From Spirochaetota bacterium (lineage in GTDB: Bacteria > Spirochaetota > UBA4802 > UBA5550): a stretch of DNA of 64,000 nt. The stretch spans positions 3,360,001-3,424,000 of the forward strand of contig CAXXHB010000003.1 of the NCBI GenBank assembly GCA_963664815.2, in the 5' to 3' direction. Under the pieces are notes generated by a model. The model did no database searches and was not told the origin of the DNA. It saw only the letters and a list, made by a program, of their open reading frames with translations. A program made the position numbers and the translations under genes. The stretch's first letter is position 1. Each line of letters opens with the position of its first letter. Positions 8,575-17,666 of the stretch are shown piece after piece.

Positions 8575-9993
8575 ATGAATTTTAAAACGAAAATGAAATC
8601 ATGGAACAGCAATATCCTTCAGGCAGAGAAATTACCGGCTGTCGATAATGCCTTAAAGAAAGCCGTGGAACATAATTATGACTTATTTGAATATCTTTTT
8701 ACAACTGATACAAGACTGTTCCAATACTATCTTGGATGCGCATCACATGAGATATATATACTCGATGTAGAGATTGAAAAAGGTACTGATATAATTTTTG
8801 CATCATTGATAGATGAAGTCATTAAAGAAAACTACAAATGCAATAACAATCTTGTAAAAGAGCACCTGGAGTCATGGATTGGTACAGAGGGATTCCAGAG
8901 ATATGATTATGACAGGTACCTGAAGAATATAGGTTTCAATCATTCAAGCCTGTCGTCAGGTGATGGTGAGTTTATACATTACATTTCTGCCGGCAACTGT
9001 TTTCTTGAAGATTCTAATGGTACAAGATTTGGAATTCATATACCGAAGTTTCAAATGACATTCGGTATTATGGGTTGCGGTTTTAAAATGTCGATTCTTG
9101 CAGATGGAAATACTCCTGATGTCCGGGTTTTATGTTCGGAATTTATAAGCAGTTTATACGTCCATCTGAATAATATTATTAAAAAGAAATCCTATGCCCT
9201 TAATCCGAAATGTATTTCAGTTCCGATTGAATCTATTTCATGGGATAAACTTAAAATACCGGCAGAACTCAAGAGAGACATAGATTTTCATATTACCAGT
9301 TTCATCTCGCATATTAATGAATTCAAAAAAGCAGGCATCAGGGCATCGCGTGGCATAATCATAGTGGGCCCTCCGGGAAACGGTAAAACTATGCTTACAA
9401 AAATTCTGTGTACTAATATTGAAGTTGCATTCTTTTATGCCAAACCAAATGACTTCTCGAATAATTATGGTGAACCCGGCATTGAAGATCTCTACAGAAC
9501 TGCTTCGAAGAATACACCTGCAATTGTTCTCATTGAAGATGCGGATATTTATCTGCAGAGCCGCACATTCAATTCCAATGGGGGGAAATTAAGCGAGTTC
9601 CTTAATATAATAGACGGTATCAACGATAACAACGGGATTATAACGATCCTCACATGCAACAATCCGGAACTCCTTGATGAAGCAGTCAGAAACAGGCCCA
9701 AGAGGTTCGATGTGATCATTGAGTTCCCGAATCCAGCGCTGGAACAGCGGAAAGAGATACTCTTTGATAAACTGAAGAAGCATCTTTCTACAGGTGACAT
9801 ATCCCTTATAGATGAAGCCGCTGAAAAGTTTGAGGGATTCTCCGGAGCACATATATGCGAGTTTGCGGAAAGACTTATCATGTCCAGGATCTACAGTGGC
9901 AAGAAGTGTATAGATCGTGATATATTCGACGAAGAAATCGAAAAATTCGGCTTTTCACCATCCGGAAAGAAAGGGAAAGCCGGTATCAGTTAA
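8575..9993 (+). CDS. AAA+ ATPase, paralogue of 6952-8373
   Basis: GPPGNGKT, IVLIEDAD, NRPKRFDVIIEFPNPALEQR identical to paralogue; start at 8575 after AGGAGG. Confidence 0.9.
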   Translation: MNFKTKMKSWNSNILQAEKLPAVDNALKKAVEHNYDLFEYLFTTDTRLFQYYLGCASHEIYILDVEIEKGTDIIFASLIDEVIKENYKCNNNLVKEHLESWIGTEGFQRYDYDRYLKNIGFNHSSLSSGDGEFIHYISAGNCFLEDSNGTRFGIHIPKFQMTFGIMGCGFKMSILADGNTPDVRVLCSEFISSLYVHLNNIIKKKSYALNPKCISVPIESISWDKLKIPAELKRDIDFHITSFISHINEFKKAGIRASRGIIIVGPPGNGKTMLTKILCTNIEVAFFYAKPNDFSNNYGEPGIEDLYRTASKNTPAIVLIEDADIYLQSRTFNSNGGKLSEFLNIIDGINDNNGIITILTCNNPELLDEAVRNRPKRFDVIIEFPNPALEQRKEILFDKLKKHLSTGDISLIDEAAEKFEGFSGAHICEFAERLIMSRIYSGKKCIDRDIFDEEIEKFGFSPSGKKGKAGIS

Positions 9994-10087
9994 TTAACAG
10001 CTTCACCCGCTGAGCCTGGCACATTAACAATCTGTAAAAAACCGGGAATAGATATAACTTTAAAAAATTATTTATAAGGAGAATAAA

Positions 10088-10405
10088 ATGAAACACCTGA
10101 TGAGCATAACAGCAGCAGTAATCTTATCACTCCCGCTTTACGCGGAAACGTTACACGGCATTTCTGTATATACACGTAATGGATGCAGCAGATGCGTGTA
10201 CACGATAAATTATCTTAAAAATCATAATATCCCACATGTGGAATATCCGATTGAAGAAGAGAAAAATTACAACAGCCTGTGTGAAATAATAAGCAGATCG
10301 GGAAAACAAACTAATGGGATAATCAGTACACCTGTAATAATCAAAGATGGTGCTGTTTATTTTAACATAGAAAATCTTGAAACATTCCTTGAATCATTGA
10401 AGTAA
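10088..10405 (+). CDS. Exported glutaredoxin/NrdH-like protein
   Basis: Signal peptide; VYTRNGCSRC active-site motif; STPVII cis-Pro motif. Confidence 0.75.
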   Translation: MKHLMSITAAVILSLPLYAETLHGISVYTRNGCSRCVYTINYLKNHNIPHVEYPIEEEKNYNSLCEIISRSGKQTNGIISTPVIIKDGAVYFNIENLETFLESLK

Positions 10406-10450
10406 AGAACAGAGTTCTTTAAAAATAAACCGGTTAAAAGGAAGTACAGG

Positions 10451-10624
10451 ATGAATACCAAACGGATAATTATTGAACAGATCGAAGGTGAAAAAAGCAG
10501 CCCTGAAAAATCAAATTTTGATTCGTTCAGTGACGGATTTTCCCGGGGATTCTCACTGAAGAGTGCGGTATTTATGGCTCTTGTTATGATGATGATTGTT
10601 TTACTGCTGGTTATGATTTTGTGA
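10451..10624 (+). CDS. 57-aa small membrane protein (not in ORF track)
   Basis: AAGGAAG RBS; C-terminal hydrophobic helix AVFMALVMMMIVLLLVMIL. Confidence 0.5.
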   Translation: MNTKRIIIEQIEGEKSSPEKSNFDSFSDGFSRGFSLKSAVFMALVMMMIVLLLVMIL

Positions 10625-10697
10625 AGACCGGCAGATAAGTATTTATTGCAGGGACTATGTTCACCATGAATTTAAAAACAGCTAAAAGGAGATTGCT

Positions 10698-11000
10698 ATG
10701 AATAAAAATTACTACAGTCTTGAAGGAAAGTGCATAACAGAAAGGAAGGAACTGTTTGAATCGGATCCTAAGACATATATATACAGTGCTCTGCATGAAA
10801 TCATTAACAGTTCGTTTGAACTTGTGGAGGCTCATGAGGATGAACTTGATGTTGCTTTTTATGAAGCTTTGCCTTTTGAGGTTCTCACACAGCTGTTGAA
10901 CTATATGTCGGGGATATTTGACCTCAATGATATATTTGATCATATCGAGACCATGGAAAAGCTGCTGCGGGAACAGGTGCAGTTAAGAAAAATTCAGTAA
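10698..11000 (+). CDS. Acidic hypothetical protein
   Basis: AGGAG RBS; co-directional with island genes. Confidence 0.65.
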   Translation: MNKNYYSLEGKCITERKELFESDPKTYIYSALHEIINSSFELVEAHEDELDVAFYEALPFEVLTQLLNYMSGIFDLNDIFDHIETMEKLLREQVQLRKIQ

Positions 11001-11016
11001 TACAGGTTAACCAGTA

Positions 11017-11154
11017 ATGAGAACTAACAGACCGGATATAGCAAAAGCGGCAGGTATGATCACAGGAGCAATAATTTTTTTCTTTGTTGTGAAATTTATT
11101 GCCATCTTTTCCGGAATTCTGGTTCTGCTGATCCTTTTTCTGAAAAGAATCTAG
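11017..11154 (+). CDS. 45-aa hydrophobic peptide (not in ORF track)
   Basis: MRTNRPDIAKAAGMITGAIIFFFVVKFIAIFSGILVLLILFLKRI*; weak RBS. Confidence 0.4.
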   Translation: MRTNRPDIAKAAGMITGAIIFFFVVKFIAIFSGILVLLILFLKRI

Positions 11155-11184
11155 GGATAAAAAATATTATTAGGGAAGTACAGA

Positions 11185-11439
11185 ATGGATGATAAATTCA
11201 AAATTAAATACCATGATTCACTGAGAGAATATTATAACAATGATGAAAAGCGCCTGACACATGAAAAGGCTGATAAACGTGCAAGGATATCTAACAGCAT
11301 GGGTTATTTTACGGGTAAGTTTATTTCAGGGTACATTATAGGTTATATTATAGGGATCATACTCGCTTTCTTGTTTATTTGGTACTGTATTGTAAATCCA
11401 TTGATCATTCCAATTGTTAAAATAATCTTTGGAAGGTGA
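11185..11439 (+). CDS. Small membrane protein
   Basis: C-terminal hydrophobic stretch with GxxxG repeats (GYFTG, GYIIGYIIG). Confidence 0.6.
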   Translation: MDDKFKIKYHDSLREYYNNDEKRLTHEKADKRARISNSMGYFTGKFISGYIIGYIIGIILAFLFIWYCIVNPLIIPIVKIIFGR

Positions 11440-11702
11440 TTATGTGCAGAACAATAAAGGAATTTCTGTCTTTTACGGTAAAACTTCTGGTTGTTGTTTT
11501 CATCTTTGCATGGCTTGAGGAAATACTTAACAGGCTGATCAACTTCATTGTGAGAATATGGAAAACGAGAGGGCATGATCCGCGTGAACTTAAAGCGGAA
11601 AATATGGAAAAGTATTATATGAAACATGGAGTCCAGTGCAGCAGCTGTCTGTATTGGATTCCTGAAGGACTTGATACATGCCCCGTATGCGGGAATAAGT
11701 AA
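11436..11702 (+). CDS. Small membrane protein with C-terminal zinc ribbon
   Basis: N-terminal TM; CSSC...CPVCG. Confidence 0.6.
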   Translation: MIMCRTIKEFLSFTVKLLVVVFIFAWLEEILNRLINFIVRIWKTRGHDPRELKAENMEKYYMKHGVQCSSCLYWIPEGLDTCPVCGNK

Positions 11703-11823
11703 ATATTGAGAAGAGTATGGAAAAAGCAGAAAATGTACCTGGTGACAATTTAAAACCAGATGTGTAATTGAAGCCGGAATCGCCGGTTTTCCGGCATCCT
11801 GTTACTGATCAGCTGCCGAATAA

Positions 11824-11850
11824 AAAACCCCTGAAAATTTCAGGGGTTTT
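11824..11850. terminator. Bidirectional intrinsic terminator
   Basis: AAAACCCCTGAAA-A-TTTCAGGGGTTTT hairpin immediately 3' of tRNA-Trp. Confidence 0.8.
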
Positions 11851-11853
11851 ATG

Positions 11854-11926
11854 CAGGCCACGAAGGACTCGAACCTTCAACACTCGGTTTTGGAGACCGA
11901 TGCTCTACCAATTGAACTAGTGACCT
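11854..11926 (-). tRNA. trnW: tRNA-Trp (CCA)
   Basis: Reverse complement AGGTCACTAGTTCAATTGGTAGAGCATCGGTCTCCAAAACCGAGTGTTGAAGGTTCGAGTCCTTCGTGGCCTG; cloverleaf, anticodon CCA; 3' CCA tail not encoded. Confidence 0.97.
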
Positions 11927-12174
11927 ATTTCCTGACACAAAATATCAGCACATAAAAAACGTCAAGTATTTTAATACACCCTTCTCCCTGAATCAGCCAT
12001 GTATATTTTATACGGCACCTCTGAAGCAGTGCCCCGGTTTTCTTAAAATCCCCCTGCCATCGGCCACCCCTTTTGATAAAAAATGGGACGCTGGCCAGAC
12101 AAAACGGGGCAATTTACATCTATTTTAACTATAAGCAGCTTTGATATCCGGCGTCTCATTACATGGTTATAAAA

Positions 12175-13632
12175 CTAATAATATAACCCGTTCCCTTCAT
12201 CAAACTGAAATTTAAGATTATCCTCGTTGTCATTAACGTCATCCAGCCTGCAGGGATAATATCCGTCAAAACAGGCTGTACAGAATTTTTGAGACGGCGA
12301 ATCAACGGCTTTTATCAGCGTATCTGTTGTCAGGTAGCTGATTGAATCAACCCTTAGGTATTTACGTATCTCTTCTATTGTATGAGTTGCGGCTATAAGT
12401 TCACTGTGCGTAGGAATATCTATTCCGTAATAACATGGAAATTTTGTAGGCGGCGCTGATATCCGCACATGAATTTCTTTTGCCCCGGCATTGCGGAACA
12501 TCTTGATGATCTTCCTCATAGTAGTTCCGCGCATAATCGAATCGTCAACAACCACAACCCTTTTATCCTTGACTGCCGAGGCAACTACGTTAAATTTAAG
12601 CTTCGCCCCCAGATCCCGGATCTTCTGGGTGGGTTCAATGAACGTCCTCCCTATATAATGGCTCCTGATCATTGCAAGTTCAAAAGGCAATCCCGACTCC
12701 TTGGAAAAACCGAGCGCGGCGCAGTTTGACGAATCGGGAATAGGCACAACAATATCTGCTTCAACCGGCGACTGTTTTGCGAGCATCCTGCCGAGCTTTA
12801 TTCTCATATCATAGACAGACTCGCCGAATATCCTGCTGTCGGGACGGGAAAAGTATATATATTCAAATATACACAATGATTCTTCCTGTTTTTCAAAAGG
12901 GAAGAAAGACCTGATGCCGCCGGAGGTTATCTCGATAAGTTCACCCGGTTTTACATCTCTCTCGTATTCTGCGCCTATTATATCGAAGGCGCATGTCTCC
13001 GAGGCAACGACCCATCCGCCGTCAATTTTCCCAAGGCTCAGCGGCCTGAACCCGTGAGGGTCTCTCACCGCGAAGATTCTCTCCCTGTTCATAACAAGCA
13101 GCGAATATGCCCCCCTGATCTGCCTGAGTGAATATATCAGCGCATCCATAATATCATCCTGCTCGGAACGCGCCATCAGGTGAACTATAACCTCTGAATC
13201 AATTGTTGTCTGGAAGATGTGCCCTTTCTTTTCAAGTTCATGCCTTATCTTTCCCGCATTGGTAAGGTTCCCGTTATGAGACAGGACGATAGGGCCCAGA
13301 ACTGACGTTGCCCTGAAAGGCTGCGCATTTCTAAGGTATGATGACCCGGTCGTTGAATACCTGTTATGGCCGATTGCCATAGTACCCGCAAGGTTGTCTA
13401 TATGTTCCTGGGTGAATACATCGTTAACCTCACCCATCCCTGCATATCTGTAAATATGTTCACCGTCAGAGGAAGCAATTCCGGCAGACTCCTGCCCTCT
13501 GTGCTGAAGGGAATAGAGTCCGAGATAGGTCAGGTTTGAAGCATGAGGATGTCCGTAAATTCCGAATATACCACACTCCTCTTTTGGTCTGTAGTTTTCA
13601 TCACAGGAAACAGGCAAATCATTAAGATTCAT
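12175..13632 (-). CDS. purF: Amidophosphoribosyltransferase
   Basis: EECGIFG N-terminal Cys, QHRGQES, VVVDDSIMRGTT PRT motif, C-terminal CTACF. Confidence 0.97.
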   Translation of the reverse strand: MNLNDLPVSCDENYRPKEECGIFGIYGHPHASNLTYLGLYSLQHRGQESAGIASSDGEHIYRYAGMGEVNDVFTQEHIDNLAGTMAIGHNRYSTTGSSYLRNAQPFRATSVLGPIVLSHNGNLTNAGKIRHELEKKGHIFQTTIDSEVIVHLMARSEQDDIMDALIYSLRQIRGAYSLLVMNRERIFAVRDPHGFRPLSLGKIDGGWVVASETCAFDIIGAEYERDVKPGELIEITSGGIRSFFPFEKQEESLCIFEYIYFSRPDSRIFGESVYDMRIKLGRMLAKQSPVEADIVVPIPDSSNCAALGFSKESGLPFELAMIRSHYIGRTFIEPTQKIRDLGAKLKFNVVASAVKDKRVVVVDDSIMRGTTMRKIIKMFRNAGAKEIHVRISAPPTKFPCYYGIDIPTHSELIAATHTIEEIRKYLRVDSISYLTTDTLIKAVDSPSQKFCTACFDGYYPCRLDDVNDNEDNLKFQFDEGNGLYY

Positions 13633-13823
13633 ACATTATCCGTTATTTAATCATTATTTAATCATTAGATAACCATTTTCCAACTGTTATCTAACTAATT
13701 CAATCATTATCGCTGTTTGCCAGTCATTATTTTGCCAGACATTCCCGGTTAAATACAATGTAAAGTATATATTTTCCGGCATTGGGGTAAAATAAATTTT
13801 GTTACATATTTGAAACAAATACT

Positions 13824-14399
13824 CTAGCCGGGGAGATCCCCCCTGAAATTGATATTTCTGAACATTCTCAAGGGATCGTCATAAAAACCTATTTCATCCT
13901 CTTTTACGGCACGGATATTATATCCATCGTAAAACCCGCTTATCCGGTAATCTTTAAGTCCAATGTTTTTTTTTATACCTTCAGCGCACTTTTTTGAATA
14001 GATTGCATGAAGTGGCTGGTACCTGCCGTTAACCTCAGGCACAACAATGTCATAACAGCCGGGGATTTCAATCATATACTTAATAAATTCCGTGTTCAGA
14101 AACGGCATGTCGCAGGGAAAGACAAATACCCTCTCAATATCCATAAACTCAACGGCTGTATATATTCCGCCGATAGGCCCAAGACCAGGAATAATATCAG
14201 GAATAATTTTCGCATCAAGGAAGGAGAATTTTTCTCCATTGGATGCAATTATATATATTTCGCTGAAAACCGGTTTTACAGCATCATAGGTATGTGCTAT
14301 CATAGGTTTACCCTCAAGCAGGTGAAGAGATTTGTCACTGCCGAAGCGTCCGCTTTTCCCCCCAGCTATGATGCAGCACTTAATGTTTTCAACACTCAT
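13824..14399 (-). CDS. mobA: Molybdenum cofactor guanylyltransferase
   Basis: IAGGKSGRFGSDK, GPIGGI, PCDMPF, PLHAIY, FRNIN. Confidence 0.92.
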   Translation of the reverse strand: MSVENIKCCIIAGGKSGRFGSDKSLHLLEGKPMIAHTYDAVKPVFSEIYIIASNGEKFSFLDAKIIPDIIPGLGPIGGIYTAVEFMDIERVFVFPCDMPFLNTEFIKYMIEIPGCYDIVVPEVNGRYQPLHAIYSKKCAEGIKKNIGLKDYRISGFYDGYNIRAVKEDEIGFYDDPLRMFRNINFRGDLPG

Positions 14400-14417
14400 A
14401 ATTACTCTATTCCGGAA

Positions 14418-15212
14418 TTAGATTCTATATCCGATAAAAAAAAGCCTTTTAAACGGGAACAAAACCTTACCGTCTTTCTGTTCCGGGTAATGCTTCTTAA
14501 TCTCAGCCAATACCTCATTTTCAAAATCCTTCCTCTCTTTTTCATCACCGATGCAGTCCAGGTATGGTTTCAATCCTGTGCTTCTGATCCATTCGAGAAT
14601 AGACATGTGAGAATCCATCACATGGATATAGTCAGTTTCCCATATATCTACTGTCTTCATCCTCCCGGCAAGAAGGTCGTAATAATAACTGAAATTATTA
14701 TAAGTAAATAAATCCGCACATCCATCCATTGCAGCCCGCCATCGCTCCCTCTGAGAAAGAGAATCTATCAATCTGCCGAGGACCATTTCACGAAATTCCG
14801 GGATCTGAACTGCAATAATCCCGTTATCCGCAAGCAGGGTGAAGAGCTTTTCAAATAATTTTTTATGATCCGGAATCCACTGGATTGCCGCGTTTGAAAA
14901 AATAATATCAAATTTTTCGTCCGGTTCAAAATTATAAATATCGGACAACACCCACTCCTGGCGGGGATAATCGGTTTTTGCCTTATCTATCATTGCCGGA
15001 GAGTTGTCTACACCGGTAAGTCCAGCCCCCGGCCAGCGGTTAAGCAATACCATGCTGCTGTTGCCCGGACCGCATCCGGCATCCAGAATGCGCGCGGGTT
15101 TAAAATCAATCCTGATTCTGTTTACCAGATCGTCAGACGGACGGGTTCTTTCATCCATGAATTTAAGGTAAAGATCCGGATTCCAGTCGCTCTGCTTATT
15201 CATCTTTATCAC
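14418..15212 (-). CDS. tam: Trans-aconitate 2-methyltransferase
   Basis: WNPDLYLKF..ERTRP, LDAGCGPGNS, FSNAAIQW, STGLKPYL, FPFKRLF. Confidence 0.88.
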   Translation of the reverse strand: MIKMNKQSDWNPDLYLKFMDERTRPSDDLVNRIRIDFKPARILDAGCGPGNSSMVLLNRWPGAGLTGVDNSPAMIDKAKTDYPRQEWVLSDIYNFEPDEKFDIIFSNAAIQWIPDHKKLFEKLFTLLADNGIIAVQIPEFREMVLGRLIDSLSQRERWRAAMDGCADLFTYNNFSYYYDLLAGRMKTVDIWETDYIHVMDSHMSILEWIRSTGLKPYLDCIGDEKERKDFENEVLAEIKKHYPEQKDGKVLFPFKRLFFIGYRI

Positions 15213-15430
15213 CCTTCACATCCGGATAGTGTATTCATGACGTTAAATATTCAAGGATTTTTCTATGCCGGTAAAGTTAATTTGAAATAGTTTATATCCT
15301 GAAAACAGCATTCACCGCCTTAATATATATACGTCAATATCAAAGCGTATATGCTGCAAAATTTAATGATTAAAGATTTATACTTGTAATAGTATTGGTA
15401 CGGTTTATTTTTATGCATGAGGTGAGTTTC

Positions 15431-15922
15431 ATGAAACAGCAGGTCATTTCTGTAACCGGACGATCCTGTTCCGGTAAAACAACATTGATTGAAAAGCTTA
15501 TAGTTCACTATAAAAATCTTGGCAAAAAAGTTTCTGTCGTAAAGAGCATGAGGCATGAATTTGATACTGATCCGGCTGGCAAGGATACTTACAGGTACAG
15601 GGAGTCCGGAGCATTTGCATCGATTATTACCAATGGTAAAAAGTTTGCCCTCATTTCACAGATTGACAGAGAAGAAACGCCCCACGATCTCGCCGTAAAA
15701 TATTTCACTGACTCAGATATAGTAATAATCGAAGGTTTTAAAGAAGGTGATATCGGAAAGATTGAGGTCATAGGTGACTCAACCGAATCACCTCTTTTTC
15801 CAGAGGATAAGAACATAAAGTTTCTTGTAACTGACAGGTCCTTTGATACAGAACTACCTGTTTATAAAAGGGATGATATAAACGGGATTGTCAAAGCAAT
15901 AGAAAAGATTTTTGGAGAGTAA
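15431..15922 (+). CDS. mobB: Molybdopterin-guanine dinucleotide biosynthesis protein B
   Basis: GRSCSGKTT P-loop, GKDTYRY..SGA, DIVIIEGFK. Confidence 0.88.
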   Translation: MKQQVISVTGRSCSGKTTLIEKLIVHYKNLGKKVSVVKSMRHEFDTDPAGKDTYRYRESGAFASIITNGKKFALISQIDREETPHDLAVKYFTDSDIVIIEGFKEGDIGKIEVIGDSTESPLFPEDKNIKFLVTDRSFDTELPVYKRDDINGIVKAIEKIFGE

Positions 15923-16167
15923 TACACCCTCCATGACTCACTTTTTCCGGCATTTCTAAACCGGGAAGATCACTGCGAATAACCAGTTTCATACTTAAAC
16001 CTGTTATATATAATTCCGGACACGATTTCAGGATTAATGGATTAACGGGATTTATTGCCAATACACTAACCGTACACGAGCTTACTCTGCATCGTGCATC
16101 AAGTGATTATATACAATTCCAGGGCAGATTTATGACAAAAGCCCGACTCTCTTTATATAAAAGTCAG

Positions 16168-16320
16168 TTTCGCCTACATTTCGCTTCAAATACGCCTCAA
16201 ACACGCTACCTACAGCCTTAAACGTGCGTTTTTCTCTGCCGGTAACGGTATTGAAACGGTATTGAAACGGTTTTCAACAGGGTTTACATACTGCTTAAAT
16301 CCCGCTTTAACAGATGCACA
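16168..16320. repeat. Degenerate 11-bp period tandem repeats
   Basis: TTTCGCCTACA/TTTCGCTTCAA/ATACGCCTCAA/ACACGCTACCT (CGC at 16171, 16182, 16193, 16204) and AACGGTATTGA x2 + AACGGTTTTCA (16244-16276). Confidence 0.6.
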
Positions 16321-16755
16321 TCTGTCTTTTACCGCATTAAAATTACTCTGTCCACCTGCTGATCTGCTGTTTTCTGAATAGTAACATGTATATTCTGCAG
16401 CTTCACCGGAGGCGGATACAACAACTGCATCCCCTGTTCCGCCGCCTCCCGATGGAATTACAGGCGAACCTGGAGCAATGCCGCGAAGGTATTCCGACAT
16501 AAAAAGATTGTACCCTGATTTTTTCTTCCTCTTTGCCCTGCTTCTGTAGAGAGCCTTCTCCTCTTCCGGAAGAACCTGCCAGGCCTTTACGCTGCCGCCG
16601 AAATTACCTCTGCATTTCATCTGAGGCTCTGTCCTGGGATTAGCAGGAATTGTACGTGCTTTAATGTAGATTTTACCATAACGTCTGTAAAGCACAAGAC
16701 CTTCCAGACCTCCATGCGCAGTTCTTAAATAGGGATGAAGCTTAACTTTTGCCAT
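16210..16755 (-). CDS. Basic hypothetical protein (MAKV..G..Y.R.GK.Y...P.NPRT..Q..R..F family; DUF6266-like)
   Basis: AGGAG RBS before ATG 16755; basic N-terminal ~90 aa, then a low-complexity tail. Confidence 0.65.
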   Translation of the reverse strand: MAKVKLHPYLRTAHGGLEGLVLYRRYGKIYIKARTIPANPRTEPQMKCRGNFGGSVKAWQVLPEEEKALYRSRAKRKKKSGYNLFMSEYLRGIAPGSPVIPSGGGGTGDAVVVSASGEAAEYTCYYSENSRSAGGQSNFNAVKDRCASVKAGFKQYVNPVENRFNTVSIPLPAEKNARLRL

Positions 16756-16914
16756 ACATTTACTCTCCTTATTTATTATTATTTTTATCGTTATATCGAA
16801 GCTTATGTCTCTATATAACCAGTGCGGAAAAGCAAATGACATGGCGCAAGCAGAATTTTTAAAAATTTTATATATTAATAAGCCAGGTTTATCAAAGAAG
16901 ATATTTTGCCTTGC

Positions 16915-17100
16915 CACCTCCGGGGGTGCGGGGGCTTAGGAATACAGGTTGCTGTAAGTATACTTATACAGACAGTTCGGCTTTGCCCCTTCCGGGCGCC
17001 CGAGCGCAGCGACAGAGTACCCCTGGGGTAGGTGCGGGGGCTTATGGTACAGGTAAATTTACCAGATGATGTACCCGACAGACCGAAGTGTGCAGGGGCT
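16915..17100. repeat. GC-rich REP-like/structured repeat cluster
   Basis: GGTGCGGGGGCTTA..TACAGGT repeated at ~16925 and 17031, partial GTGCAGGGGCT at ~17090; internal palindromes AAGTATACTT and GGTAAATTTACC. Confidence 0.55.
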
Positions 17101-17135
17101 GTTAAGTCCAGTTTGATAAATGTATATCTGCCCGG

Positions 17136-17651
17136 TCACTCCACCTCTCCAGTTTCATTATCTGATTCCATATACTCCCTGATTTTTTTAAGCTCCATAT
17201 TCTCAGGGTTTTCCGATGACAGCTTTCTGATAAAAGAAAATATCCGTTTTCTGTTAAATCTCTTTTCGCTGTATTCACTGTCAGCCTTTTTCGATTTAAG
17301 GTAATAGCTGTATGATTCGCCATACCTACCAAGATGGAACAGTGTTACAGACATATTCGACAAAGCCCTGGCATAGTTGCTGTCAAGTTTAAGGGATATC
17401 ATCAGCTGTTCCTCAGCCTTTGCATATTCCCCCATTCTTATATATGCTGCCGCAAGATTGTTGTAGTAGTGTTTCCGGTCAGGATCAATTGAAATGGCCT
17501 GTTTAAAATATTCCGCCGCCCTGGCAGGACTGTTTCCGCGCAATTCATCCATCCCCTTCTGGTTATAGTATGACGAATCCTCAGCAGAAACAGGTAACGA
17601 CATTACAAGGACAGCAGTAAGAAAGATTAAGAAGCGCATCAGTAATTTCAT
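17136..17651 (-). CDS. Exported TPR protein
   Basis: Signal peptide; three TPRs (YYNNLAAAY, ALSNMSVTL). Confidence 0.85.
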   Translation of the reverse strand: MKLLMRFLIFLTAVLVMSLPVSAEDSSYYNQKGMDELRGNSPARAAEYFKQAISIDPDRKHYYNNLAAAYIRMGEYAKAEEQLMISLKLDSNYARALSNMSVTLFHLGRYGESYSYYLKSKKADSEYSEKRFNRKRIFSFIRKLSSENPENMELKKIREYMESDNETGEVE

Positions 17652-17666
17652 ATAATCTGTTATTCA

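Noticed and set aside
12040-12115. GC-rich stretch between tRNA-Trp and purF as a possible riboswitch
   Set aside because: No recognisable aptamer consensus, and it lies downstream of purF
14007-14711. 234-aa plus-strand ORF
   Set aside because: Antisense to mobA and tam; shadow ORF, like most short overlapping ORFs in the track
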